From positions 1-11,540 of IMG/VR virus record IMGVR_UViG_3300037423_000296: a stretch of DNA of 11,540 bases, one strand, 5' to 3'. A model generated the notes under the pieces. The model was not told where the DNA came from. It saw nothing but the letters and a program-made list of their open reading frames with translations, and searched no databases. The position numbers and the translations under genes are program-made. Positions 1 to 7,145 of the stretch are shown here, piece after piece; within the stretch, counting starts at the first letter, position 1; every line of letters starts with the position of its first letter. The DNA comes from a virus. Taxonomy: Duplodnaviria > Heunggongvirae > Uroviricota > Caudoviricetes.

Positions 1-279
1 GCGCTCTGCTCGTGCAGTCTCCTCTGACTTCTTAATGCCCTCGGTAATTGCTCCCTTAAGGTCATCGAACATCTTCTCGAAGTCCTGCTCCTCAGCTACC
101 TCAGGAGTGGCCTCTGCCGTCTCAGCCTCAGCTTCCTCTACTGGAACTTCCTCGGTTGTCTCTGCATTCTCCTCAGCGCTAGCCTCAACCTCAGTTGCGG
201 CCTTTCCTTCCTCATCGGCTGGAACGCCTGGGTTTAGCTCAACATCTGGAGCCTGCTTTTCAATCTTTTCGTCTGCCAC
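1..279 (-). CDS. Probable nested scaffolding protein from an internal in-frame start (partial)
   Basis: In-frame GTG at 279 (codon 255 of the protease) preceded by AAGGAGGT (286-293) with a 6-nt spacer. Product MADEKIEKQAPDVELNPGVPADEEGKAATEVEASAEENAETTEEVPVEEAEAE... is Glu-rich and low-complexity. Confidence 0.65.
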   Translation of the reverse strand, partial: MADEKIEKQAPDVELNPGVPADEEGKAATEVEASAEENAETTEEVPVEEAEAETAEATPEVAEEQDFEKMFDDLKGAITEGIKKSEETARAER

Positions 280-1041
280 GTCTACACCTCCTTCATCGTT
301 GACAATTTCATTCTTGAATTCAGCGATGACCTCGGCAACTCTAGCGGCCTTCTCGACATCGTTGCTGTATTCGAACCAACCGATACTCTTCATCTTGTGT
401 CCCTCTGGGCACTCTGCTGAATCGTCGGTGGTAGTCTTTGCGATGCCTTCCTCATGCTTATCGCAATAGAAGACATTCTCTGTTGGGTTATCTGCCATCA
501 TGCCCTTCATAATGAGAGCCCCGGTTACATCCTTGGCAAAGCTCATGACGTGTGCAAGCTGGTTTCCACCGGCATCTACAAGAGAAAGCTCAACGAGGTC
601 GTAATCCTTGACAATTCGAAGTGGTCGTCCAGCATCCTTGCTGAATTCCATCTCTGAATCGATGATTGGACCTGCGATAGAGAACATGGAAAGTGTTCCA
701 TCGAGAACCTTCTCCCATGTGCTCTGAGCACCCTTGGATACGTATACTTCAACCCAAATACCATTGTAGAACTTCTGTGTTTCTGTATCGTAGAAAGAAT
801 CAGGCTTGTATGAAAGCATGCGTCCAACGGCAATTGGCTGGTGCATTTCGCGGATGTTTCCCTTGAAGCGAGCAAATGCCTTTTGGCTAGCTTCGGCCAA
901 GACGATATCGCCCTGCAAGTCAGGGTTATCTAGGGAAGCCCAACCACTAACGGTTCGCTTCTCCTTATCAACCTTGGATAGTGGCATGTGGATAGTGAAA
1001 TTGTCACCGTCCGTAGACCACTTTGCCTTCATTAGCTCCAT
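1..1041 (-). CDS. Capsid maturation (prohead) protease, HK97/S78-like, with acidic C-terminal scaffold region; partial, runs off the left edge
   Basis: Translated by hand from ATG at 1041: MELMKAKWSTDGDNFTIHMPLSKVDKEKRTVSGWASLDNPDLQGDIV...IREMHQPIAVG...GTLSMFSIAGP...ELSLVDAGGNQLA..., open for 347 codons to base 1. His (841-843) and Ser (679-681) lie in motifs typical of HK97-type proteases. Located two genes after the portal. An alternative in-frame ATG is at 1056. Confidence 0.9.
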   Translation of the reverse strand, partial: MELMKAKWSTDGDNFTIHMPLSKVDKEKRTVSGWASLDNPDLQGDIVLAEASQKAFARFKGNIREMHQPIAVGRMLSYKPDSFYDTETQKFYNGIWVEVYVSKGAQSTWEKVLDGTLSMFSIAGPIIDSEMEFSKDAGRPLRIVKDYDLVELSLVDAGGNQLAHVMSFAKDVTGALIMKGMMADNPTENVFYCDKHEEGIAKTTTDDSAECPEGHKMKSIGWFEYSNDVEKAARVAEVIAEFKNEIVNDEGGVDVADEKIEKQAPDVELNPGVPADEEGKAATEVEASAEENAETTEEVPVEEAEAETAEATPEVAEEQDFEKMFDDLKGAITEGIKKSEETARAER

Positions 1042-1047
1042 GTTTGT

Positions 1048-1077
1048 AATATACATCAGTTCTTTTTCAAAAGCCAA
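1048..1077 (-). promoter_or_regulatory. Sigma70/HrdB-type promoter, probably leaderless, for the protease gene
   Basis: TTGGCT (1072-1077), 18 bp, TATATT (1048-1053), 6 nt, ATG(1041). No Shine-Dalgarno upstream. Confidence 0.55.
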
Positions 1078-1079
1078 AA

Positions 1080-1505
1080 TCAGTCAACTAGCCTGTCTCG
1101 ATTCATCCTGATGTTCAAAAAGATGAATGCACAGTAGAGACAAATCATGGTCTTTGTAAGTCCTGCTGTATCTCTCCAATCTCCAATGTAATAGCCCATT
1201 GCAACAGTTCCCCAGTAGACAGTTCCCACCAAAGAACCCGCGCTCAATGAGCGAAATGAATTTCTACCCACTCCATAGCACATAACCGCACCCACTGCGA
1301 TAGCGACTAGCCCCCAGCCTTCTTCTGGCATAACCCGCGCTAGCCAGTCGTATTGCTTAGACTCATCGAATGTGCTCCAAAATGGATTGCCTACCCAGAA
1401 TCCCCACAGGACTGTGTAGACACCCATGATGACAATGGCTGCCGTGTTGATTGGCTTGCTGAGACGCCTGGCGAGCTTGTCTCTCTGCCGCTCAATTTCG
1501 TTCAC
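1080..1505 (-). CDS. Membrane protein with about 4 TM helices (holin candidate)
   Basis: GTG start with GGAG 6 nt upstream, 3 nt after the portal stop. Four hydrophobic segments (AAIVIMGVYTVLWGFWVG; GWGLVAIAVGAVMCYGV; LSAGSLVGTVYWGTVAMGYYI; TMICLYCAFIFLNI) and charged termini. Confidence 0.8.
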   Translation of the reverse strand: MNEIERQRDKLARRLSKPINTAAIVIMGVYTVLWGFWVGNPFWSTFDESKQYDWLARVMPEEGWGLVAIAVGAVMCYGVGRNSFRSLSAGSLVGTVYWGTVAMGYYIGDWRDTAGLTKTMICLYCAFIFLNIRMNRDRLVD

Positions 1506-1508
1506 GTG

Positions 1509-3119
1509 TTACTCCGTGCCCGGAGTCCTTCCTTCACCTTGAGTACTTCGTCCCTCGCCATTCGAATCTGTCGCATTTGCCGTACGCTGCTGGTCACGTG
1601 TTCGTGACTGTGCTGCCTGGGCGGTCTGCTCAGCCTTCATTTGCGGAGACATTTCAATCTGCTGGTCACCCTTCTTGATTCCTGGGAGACCCTTACGTGC
1701 GCGAACCTCGTTTGGAACGTAAGTGCCAAGACGCAAGTAGCGCTCATCAATCTTGGACTGAGTATCCTCGTCGGTAAGTGAAAGCTCGGTTAGCTTGAGG
1801 TAGAAGATGTTTGTCTTCTCCTTGATAATCTTGTGAAGCTTGTTCTCAACAATCTTCTGGTCCGGACGGCAGACCTGTTCCTTGAAGGTCTTGTCCTGGT
1901 CACGGCTGTTTGCCAGAGAGGTATTACCAGTGTTAGCAAATGCCTTTCCAGCAGGAACCCCGTGGGCCATGAGAATGCTGTTGAGGTTGGACTTGTCATA
2001 GTTCATGAATGACGCATCTTGAGTCCCAGCCTCAACCGGCTTCATTTCGAAGGAAACCTTCTTATCAGGCTCTTCGGCGGGAAGAGGGACGTACAATGTA
2101 CGGTGGTTCTTTCCCTTGATTGTCGTTTGGAAGAATTCGACCAATCTGGCTTCAGATGTTGGTGAGAGCGTTCCACCCTTGGTAACAATGACGTAGCGTG
2201 GAACAGCCTTGTTCTCAAAGTAATCAAGGTTGAATCTTGCGCTGAACTCATTACCGGTTACGGCATGCATGGCGGCAATGATGTCTGAAATTCCGTAGTA
2301 TCCGTTCGTTGGTGAATACTTCTTGAAGTGAATAACCTCATTTGGACGACGGTCATTACCAATTGGGTCAACAGTCTTCTGGTCACCAAAGTTACGGAAG
2401 AAGACAGCCTTGTTCTCAATAATCTGAACGAATCCGTCTCGCTTCTTTCGAATACGCATTGTAGTGGATGGGATGTGACCTAGGTATGCGATTTCACCCG
2501 TGACCGTTCGACCGACCTCAAGATACCCGTTTCCGGTTGCCTCGTAGTCAGTCCAAACCTTACGCATGATTTCAAGGAAGTCGTCTTCCTCATTGCAAGA
2601 ATCAATCCATTCCTGCATTTGCTTGCGCATACGAGAGAGCTTGCGACGAATCTGCTTTAGCTTCTCTTCGTCACCCTCGGCATTATCAATCTTCTCCTTG
2701 GTATCATCAGACTCAACCCAGTCATAACCAAGGCCTACAATGTTGTTTACCTTAGCCTTGACGGCGGCTGCGTGTGGAGAAGACTTCTCGAAGAGAGCCG
2801 CGAGATAATCTAGATTGTATGGCGGAAGAACTACATCGAAGAGCGTGTAACCGGTTTGATTATCGGTACGCTCCATTCGCTTTGATTCTGCACCACCAGT
2901 GCCGCGCTGGACCTTCTCTAGACGAGCGGCCTTACGCTTCATATTTGGGTTTACACCCTCGTATTCACGGAAGTCAGATACTTCCTTGGCGAATACGTCT
3001 GTCTCATTAGCCGGTGCAAGTGACTCTACAACAGAACCAAGCGAAACCTCAATTTCATAAGGTTCCGCTGGAGTCTGATTCTTCTGGCGTCGTGAGCCTG
3101 CTACTTTACTGGCGACCAT
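1509..3119 (-). CDS. Phage portal protein, PBSX-family-like
   Basis: 536 aa. Portal-like motifs DYEATGNGYLEV, EVIHFKKYSP.NGYYGISD, NLDYFENKAVPRYVI, ERYLRLGTYVPNEVRARKGLP. Sits upstream of the prohead protease. The start overlaps the upstream gene by 14 nt. Confidence 0.92.
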   Translation of the reverse strand: MVASKVAGSRRQKNQTPAEPYEIEVSLGSVVESLAPANETDVFAKEVSDFREYEGVNPNMKRKAARLEKVQRGTGGAESKRMERTDNQTGYTLFDVVLPPYNLDYLAALFEKSSPHAAAVKAKVNNIVGLGYDWVESDDTKEKIDNAEGDEEKLKQIRRKLSRMRKQMQEWIDSCNEEDDFLEIMRKVWTDYEATGNGYLEVGRTVTGEIAYLGHIPSTTMRIRKKRDGFVQIIENKAVFFRNFGDQKTVDPIGNDRRPNEVIHFKKYSPTNGYYGISDIIAAMHAVTGNEFSARFNLDYFENKAVPRYVIVTKGGTLSPTSEARLVEFFQTTIKGKNHRTLYVPLPAEEPDKKVSFEMKPVEAGTQDASFMNYDKSNLNSILMAHGVPAGKAFANTGNTSLANSRDQDKTFKEQVCRPDQKIVENKLHKIIKEKTNIFYLKLTELSLTDEDTQSKIDERYLRLGTYVPNEVRARKGLPGIKKGDQQIEMSPQMKAEQTAQAAQSRTRDQQRTANATDSNGEGRSTQGEGRTPGTE

Positions 3120-3444
3120 GCTTTAGTTCGTCGTTGATAGCTCCGACGTCTTCTGGGTCTGGAGTTAGACCTAGAGACATACGGAACTTCTGACGCTGAT
3201 ACTCCTCTTCATCAACTGGTCGGTGACCCTCAAGGAAAACCGGGCGACCTTCATTAATTCCGAATCCGCGTACAGCCTTTGCCAATGTAAAAGCCGCAGT
3301 AACATCTCCCTTATACCCAATAGTGAGAAGGAAGTTGCGGTCCTCATCCATGACAAAAGCGCCATTTGGCATCTGCCAAACCCAGACGCCATGCTGTACA
3401 TCCGGGTCTTCAACAATTTGCTTGTTGGTAAGCTTCATCTTCAT
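3106..3444 (-). CDS. Hypothetical protein, 112 aa (MKMKLTNKQIVEDPDVQHGVWVWQMPNG...)
   Basis: The ORF-track start at 3720 overlaps the LamG gene, so ATG 3444 (or 3438) is preferred; 3444 lies 6 nt after a -10 element. The stop overlaps the portal start. Confidence 0.8.
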   Translation of the reverse strand: MKMKLTNKQIVEDPDVQHGVWVWQMPNGAFVMDEDRNFLLTIGYKGDVTAAFTLAKAVRGFGINEGRPVFLEGHRPVDEEEYQRQKFRMSLGLTPDPEDVGAINDELKHGRQ

Positions 3445-3450
3445 ATAATC

Positions 3451-3479
3451 ATTGTATTCTGAATTAGTTATAAGCGCAA
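3451..3479 (-). promoter_or_regulatory. Leaderless promoter for the 112-aa gene/portal unit
   Basis: TTGCGC (3474-3479), 17 bp, TACAAT (3451-3456), 6 nt, ATG(3444). No SD. Confidence 0.65.
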
Positions 3480-3526
3480 ATTTGTCCAACCCGTGGTCGA
3501 AAATCGGCTTTATGTGGCTCTTATTG

Positions 3527-5200
3527 TCATCCAGCAGGCTGAATAGCCCAGTCATAGGTGTATGCCTTGACTTCAAACTCGGAGATTGTGATTGTATTGC
3601 TCTCAACAAGCTGCAATGCTGGTGCTCCAACCCAGTTCTGGTAAATACTCTGAGCCCCGGCTGTATCAATAGTTGACATTTGTGATGTGTATGTTGCGAG
3701 ATAACCAATTCGACAGGCAACAGTGCTTAGGAATGTCAGCGCAGATGTCTGCTCTGCGAAAATGGCAATTACGTGGTGCCAGCGGTTTAGTGTGATTGTC
3801 GTTGCAGCAGAAATGACCACTCCATCTACAACCAAAGCTACTAGGCTGTTTGGAACCCATTGTCCAGACGCATTTGTAGTGATGGTATGGCTTCCTGCCG
3901 CAAAGAGGGTCTTGGAAATGGCATTAGCACTCATAAAGACTGTGAACTCGACTGCTGTGTAGCCGCCGAAATTTGTGTCTTGTGCAATTGTGAATCCAGT
4001 GGTTGCACCAAGCTTCATCCCGCCGAAATCATTGAACTCAACAGGATTGTAGGCGAAGACATCCAAATCAACGTTGGCAGGGTCAGTAAGAGTCATTGCT
4101 ACTGCCTCGTCACTTCCTTTAATAGCCTTTGTGGTATATGCCCTGAAGGTCATATTCTTAACAACAGCCTGGTCTGTACCTGCTGGAAGGTCCACCTTAA
4201 TCTTGAATGTCTGGTCGGTGCTAATATCCAATCCAGAGAATGGTTGCGCTCCATTGGTAGCGACTGTATAAGAGTTTTCATTCAGTGCGGTTGATACTAC
4301 TACTCCAGGTGATGCCTCCCAAGCTAGAGAGGAACCTTCAAGGACAATGCCCGTTTCGGCAGCAAAGGAGATTGACTTTTCCCAGACACCCGCTGCGTAA
4401 TCTCCGGTTGTTGGGTCTGTGAGGTTGATTAGCTCCCCATCGATAACCCCGGCGTTCACGTAATTAGCATCTTCAAAGTCTGAATCAAAGGAGGCTCGGA
4501 TAGTGGCATTGTCAGCATTCATGAAGTAGACGTGCCCGCCATTGCCCTTTGAGATGTCGGAAACATTCGGATAAGTAGTTCCAACAGAATAGTGAGACTG
4601 AATAGTCTTTGTTGACAATGGGTAATTGTATACTGCCACTGCGTCAACAGTCATCTTAGCGCCGCCACTAGTGTTTGTAACTAGATTTGTGGCGGTATCC
4701 ATCAATCCATCAATCCGGATTGACTCATCGACAGTTGCGGAAGCGACGACTTCGCCATTAACGTATAGATAAATGTCATTAGTGTCATAGACACCAACAA
4801 CATGAGCCGTTCGACCCACGTCTAGCCATTCATATTCGACGCTTGTGATTACAGTAGGAGAAGCCACTTGAAAGAATAGGATTCCTTCATCAATGAACAG
4901 ACCTGAAGTATTTCTAGCTAGGATATTTGCCAGACCTGTTGCATTATGTGGCTTTACCCACGCCTCAAGGCTAAATGACTTCTGCTGCTTTGTCGCCATC
5001 ATGATATCTCCAATTGGATACGTAAAGCCCGCCGCGTCCAAATACTGTGCGGCAATGCCACGGGCAGTGAGTGGACGGTCAACGGTTGGAGTACCTGTGG
5101 TGGCACCATCGCGGTCAAATCCTGATACGTCGGTAACGCCGCTGTCTAGTGGATAGACGGCAATTGGGTTATCACGTAGGATGTGGTAAACATAGGTCAT
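3527..5200 (-). CDS. LamG/concanavalin A-like domain protein, probable virion (minor structural or adsorption) protein, 557 aa
   Basis: N-terminus ILRDNPIAVYPLD...SFSLEAWVKP...TAHVVGVYDTNDIYLYVNGEVVAS...TVDAVAVYNYPLS is a typical Laminin_G_3 signature. A second degenerate copy lies near the C-terminus (FTAVEFTVF...TLNRWHHVIAIF). Start moved from 5263 to ATG 5200. Confidence 0.85.
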   Translation of the reverse strand: MTYVYHILRDNPIAVYPLDSGVTDVSGFDRDGATTGTPTVDRPLTARGIAAQYLDAAGFTYPIGDIMMATKQQKSFSLEAWVKPHNATGLANILARNTSGLFIDEGILFFQVASPTVITSVEYEWLDVGRTAHVVGVYDTNDIYLYVNGEVVASATVDESIRIDGLMDTATNLVTNTSGGAKMTVDAVAVYNYPLSTKTIQSHYSVGTTYPNVSDISKGNGGHVYFMNADNATIRASFDSDFEDANYVNAGVIDGELINLTDPTTGDYAAGVWEKSISFAAETGIVLEGSSLAWEASPGVVVSTALNENSYTVATNGAQPFSGLDISTDQTFKIKVDLPAGTDQAVVKNMTFRAYTTKAIKGSDEAVAMTLTDPANVDLDVFAYNPVEFNDFGGMKLGATTGFTIAQDTNFGGYTAVEFTVFMSANAISKTLFAAGSHTITTNASGQWVPNSLVALVVDGVVISAATTITLNRWHHVIAIFAEQTSALTFLSTVACRIGYLATYTSQMSTIDTAGAQSIYQNWVGAPALQLVESNTITISEFEVKAYTYDWAIQPAG

Positions 5201-5207
5201 TTGTTTA

Positions 5208-5216
5208 ATTCTACCA
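5208..5216 (-). promoter_or_regulatory. Extended -10 leaderless promoter for the LamG gene
   Basis: TG-G-TAGAAT (5208-5216), 7 nt, ATG(5200). No SD. Confidence 0.6.
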
Positions 5217-5226
5217 TAAATAGGGC

Positions 5227-5254
5227 GAGAGGCCACCTCCTCAGGTGGCCTCTC
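5227..5254. terminator. Perfect 12-bp GC-rich hairpin downstream of the endolysin; probable terminator with a weak U-tract
   Basis: GAGAGGCCACCT (5227-5238), 4-nt loop, AGGTGGCCTCTC (5243-5254), between the endolysin stop and the LamG promoter. Confidence 0.65.
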
Positions 5255-5346
5255 TGTGTGCAACTATGTAACTACATCATCCTAAGGCACGAGCACGAAT
5301 GCGCACGCCCGTGGTCGCTTGTCTCTTGGACTCGCGACGTTTTTGT

Positions 5347-6330
5347 TCAGCCGCGTGGTCCGTCCCAGAAGGTCCAGCCCTGACGCTTGATGAACAAGTC
5401 TAGTAGCTTTCTATCGAACAACCCGTAGTTCTTCGTGTGGGAGTTATAGCCAAACCACAATGTCTGAACCTGCTTAATCAGATTGACAATTGTGCGCTGT
5501 GGCCGAACTCCCTTTAGACGAGCAAGGTGGTCAAGCTCTGCAACAACCTTAGCCTGGTGGGCAAGCTGGAAGGCGTCCAAGGGCCTGCTGTAGCGCCCGT
5601 CTTCCTTTGCGACCATTAGATAAACGTCGTACAGGTACAGCGGAAGCTTAGGAATTGGTCCTCGCGTCCAGCGACCATCATCATATGGTCCCATTCCGTA
5701 CTTAGGGTTACCTAGATTGTCAATCTTAGCCCCGGTCTTTGGCACAATAGCCAAACCTCCGGTAGATGGCTTTCCAGTGTTAATAGCCTTTTGAACATTC
5801 TCACGGAAAGTTGCCATGCTGAAGCTTGGGTCAGTCTTACGACCTGGAGCCCATTCCTTGTGACCAATTGCCATTGATGCCTTGAATGGTGCCTTGTCGT
5901 AACTGGCAAGTGCGGCAACTAGACGGTAGTAAGCCTGTAGCTGTACTGTAGGCCAAGGCTGTGTTCCTGAGTTCTCTGCCTCAATGCCCCACATATAAGC
6001 GTTTGCTGAATCTTCCGGAATACCATTTAGAGGTCCACCAACACCAGCGTGGTTTGCACGGTGTCCCGCAAAGAGAATTACCGTTCCGTCGCGTCCAAGA
6101 CCGAACTGGGACAGTGGCCCTGGAATCCCGGTGCGTCCGTTCAAAACGGTGTTGTAGCTTGGGTAATTTCCATTGGCTGTTGGCCCTGCTGTGTGGTGAC
6201 AAACAACTCCCTTTGGGCTGAAGCTCTTTGACCAGTTAGATGAACGGGTTTGCCATCCATCAACTTCCTGAACCTTAAGGCCCCATGAGCGGAGGTGTGT
6301 TGCCAAATCTGTAAACTTAGTTGTCGGCAT
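5347..6330 (-). CDS. Endolysin, N-acetylmuramoyl-L-alanine amidase (Amidase_2) with an unassigned C-terminal domain
   Basis: Motifs GVVCHHTAG, GPLSQFGLGRDGTV, NHAG, WGIEAENSG, IGHKEWAPGRKTDP. ATG 6330 has AAGGA 8 nt upstream and overlaps the acidic gene stop by 14 nt. Confidence 0.92.
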   Translation of the reverse strand: MPTTKFTDLATHLRSWGLKVQEVDGWQTRSSNWSKSFSPKGVVCHHTAGPTANGNYPSYNTVLNGRTGIPGPLSQFGLGRDGTVILFAGHRANHAGVGGPLNGIPEDSANAYMWGIEAENSGTQPWPTVQLQAYYRLVAALASYDKAPFKASMAIGHKEWAPGRKTDPSFSMATFRENVQKAINTGKPSTGGLAIVPKTGAKIDNLGNPKYGMGPYDDGRWTRGPIPKLPLYLYDVYLMVAKEDGRYSRPLDAFQLAHQAKVVAELDHLARLKGVRPQRTIVNLIKQVQTLWFGYNSHTKNYGLFDRKLLDLFIKRQGWTFWDGPRG

Positions 6331-6499
6331 TTGCATCATCCTTTAGGAATTCATCATCGAATTCTGCTGCATCTGGGTCATAGTCAGGAAGTTCTACCTC
6401 AGGAATATCCTTTCCAAGCAATGCGGACACAGAATCGTCCAGAGCGTCATCATCGACATCTGGTGGCAGTTGTTCAAACTGCTCTTCATTTTCTGACAT
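6317..6499 (-). CDS. Small, highly acidic hypothetical protein (60 aa)
   Basis: AAGGAGG (6507-6513) 7 nt before ATG 6499. MSENEEQFEQLPPDVDDDALDDSVSALLGKDIPEVELPDYDPDAAEFDDEFLKDDANADN has 23 D/E and 2 K. Confidence 0.85.
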   Translation of the reverse strand: MSENEEQFEQLPPDVDDDALDDSVSALLGKDIPEVELPDYDPDAAEFDDEFLKDDANADN

Positions 6500-6526
6500 A
6501 GAATTTCCTCCTTCCATTCTTATTAC

Positions 6527-6556
6527 AGTATACGCCTCTTTAGTTCTAAGGTCCAA
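6527..6556 (-). promoter_or_regulatory. Promoter for the acidic protein-endolysin unit
   Basis: TTGGAC (6551-6556), 18 bp, TATACT (6527-6532). The -35 lies in the last codons of the HNH gene. Confidence 0.6.
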
Positions 6557-7112
6557 ATGGATATGGATTATTTGGAAAAGCTTCCTCCCTCGTTTTGATG
6601 CTTACGCAGAAGTCTTGGTATCCGAAAATCCATCGCCACAATTGGTCAATCTCAAATGGCGTAGCGTCACTCTTAATCCTGTTTGCCTTTTCAGAAATGA
6701 CTTGTACGTTCCCTGGGATGTAACCCTTTGTTGAATCGATGCGGTCCAAAGTAGCTGTGTGGATTGGTCCCATCTTGTGTCCGGGCATTCTGATGAGAGG
6801 GTAATCAAAGACGGGGCATCGCTCTGGGATTACGATGTCATCCACCGTAATTGTGAATTCCAGACCTTTCTTCTTAGCCCGCGACCTAGCCCATTCGAAT
6901 AGAAGTTGCTCGTGTGACTTGCTTGCGTAGTCAGCCTTTGACTTTGGCTTTCTGCACTCTTTACATTCATTTGCTAGGTCGAAAAGAGCGCCTTTATGAT
7001 TACCAAAGTCTGTAAATGGAAGAACCTCCTGGCAACCTCGGCACTTTTTGTGCTCTGGCGGCCAGGAGGCAATTTCTTCCTTGCTAAATCTAGTGTAAGT
7101 TCTATTGCTCAT
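6546..7112 (-). CDS. Free-standing HNH-type (His-Me finger) endonuclease with an N-terminal Cys4 zinc finger
   Basis: CRGC...CKEC finger, then WARSRAKKKGLEFTIT...IPERCPVF...ATLDRIDSTKGYIPGNVQVISEKANRIKSD, typical of phage HNH-like nucleases. Confidence 0.85.
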   Translation of the reverse strand: MSNRTYTRFSKEEIASWPPEHKKCRGCQEVLPFTDFGNHKGALFDLANECKECRKPKSKADYASKSHEQLLFEWARSRAKKKGLEFTITVDDIVIPERCPVFDYPLIRMPGHKMGPIHTATLDRIDSTKGYIPGNVQVISEKANRIKSDATPFEIDQLWRWIFGYQDFCVSIKTREEAFPNNPYPFGP

Positions 7113-7121
7113 GATATTTCT

Positions 7122-7130
7122 ATTATATCA
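7122..7130 (-). promoter_or_regulatory. Extended -10 promoter for the HNH gene (near-leaderless)
   Basis: TG-A-TATAAT (7122-7130), 9 nt, ATG(7112). AT-rich 33-bp spacer with no SD. Confidence 0.65.
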
Positions 7131-7145
7131 TAAACTTTGCAGAAT

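Noticed and set aside
35-1111. Plus-strand ORFs 35-469, 454-657, 806-1111 and minus-strand ORF 576-875
   Set aside because: Shadow frames of the protease/scaffold gene; the Ser-rich 144-aa ORF mirrors the Glu-rich codons on the other strand.
5275-5400. Basic open frame after the endolysin in the +1 frame (EQKRRESKRQATTGVRIRARALG)
   Set aside because: No usable start codon after the upstream in-frame stop and no slippery site seen.
7090-7097. Additional TACACTAG match
   Set aside because: Inside the HNH coding sequence with no -35 or TG extension.
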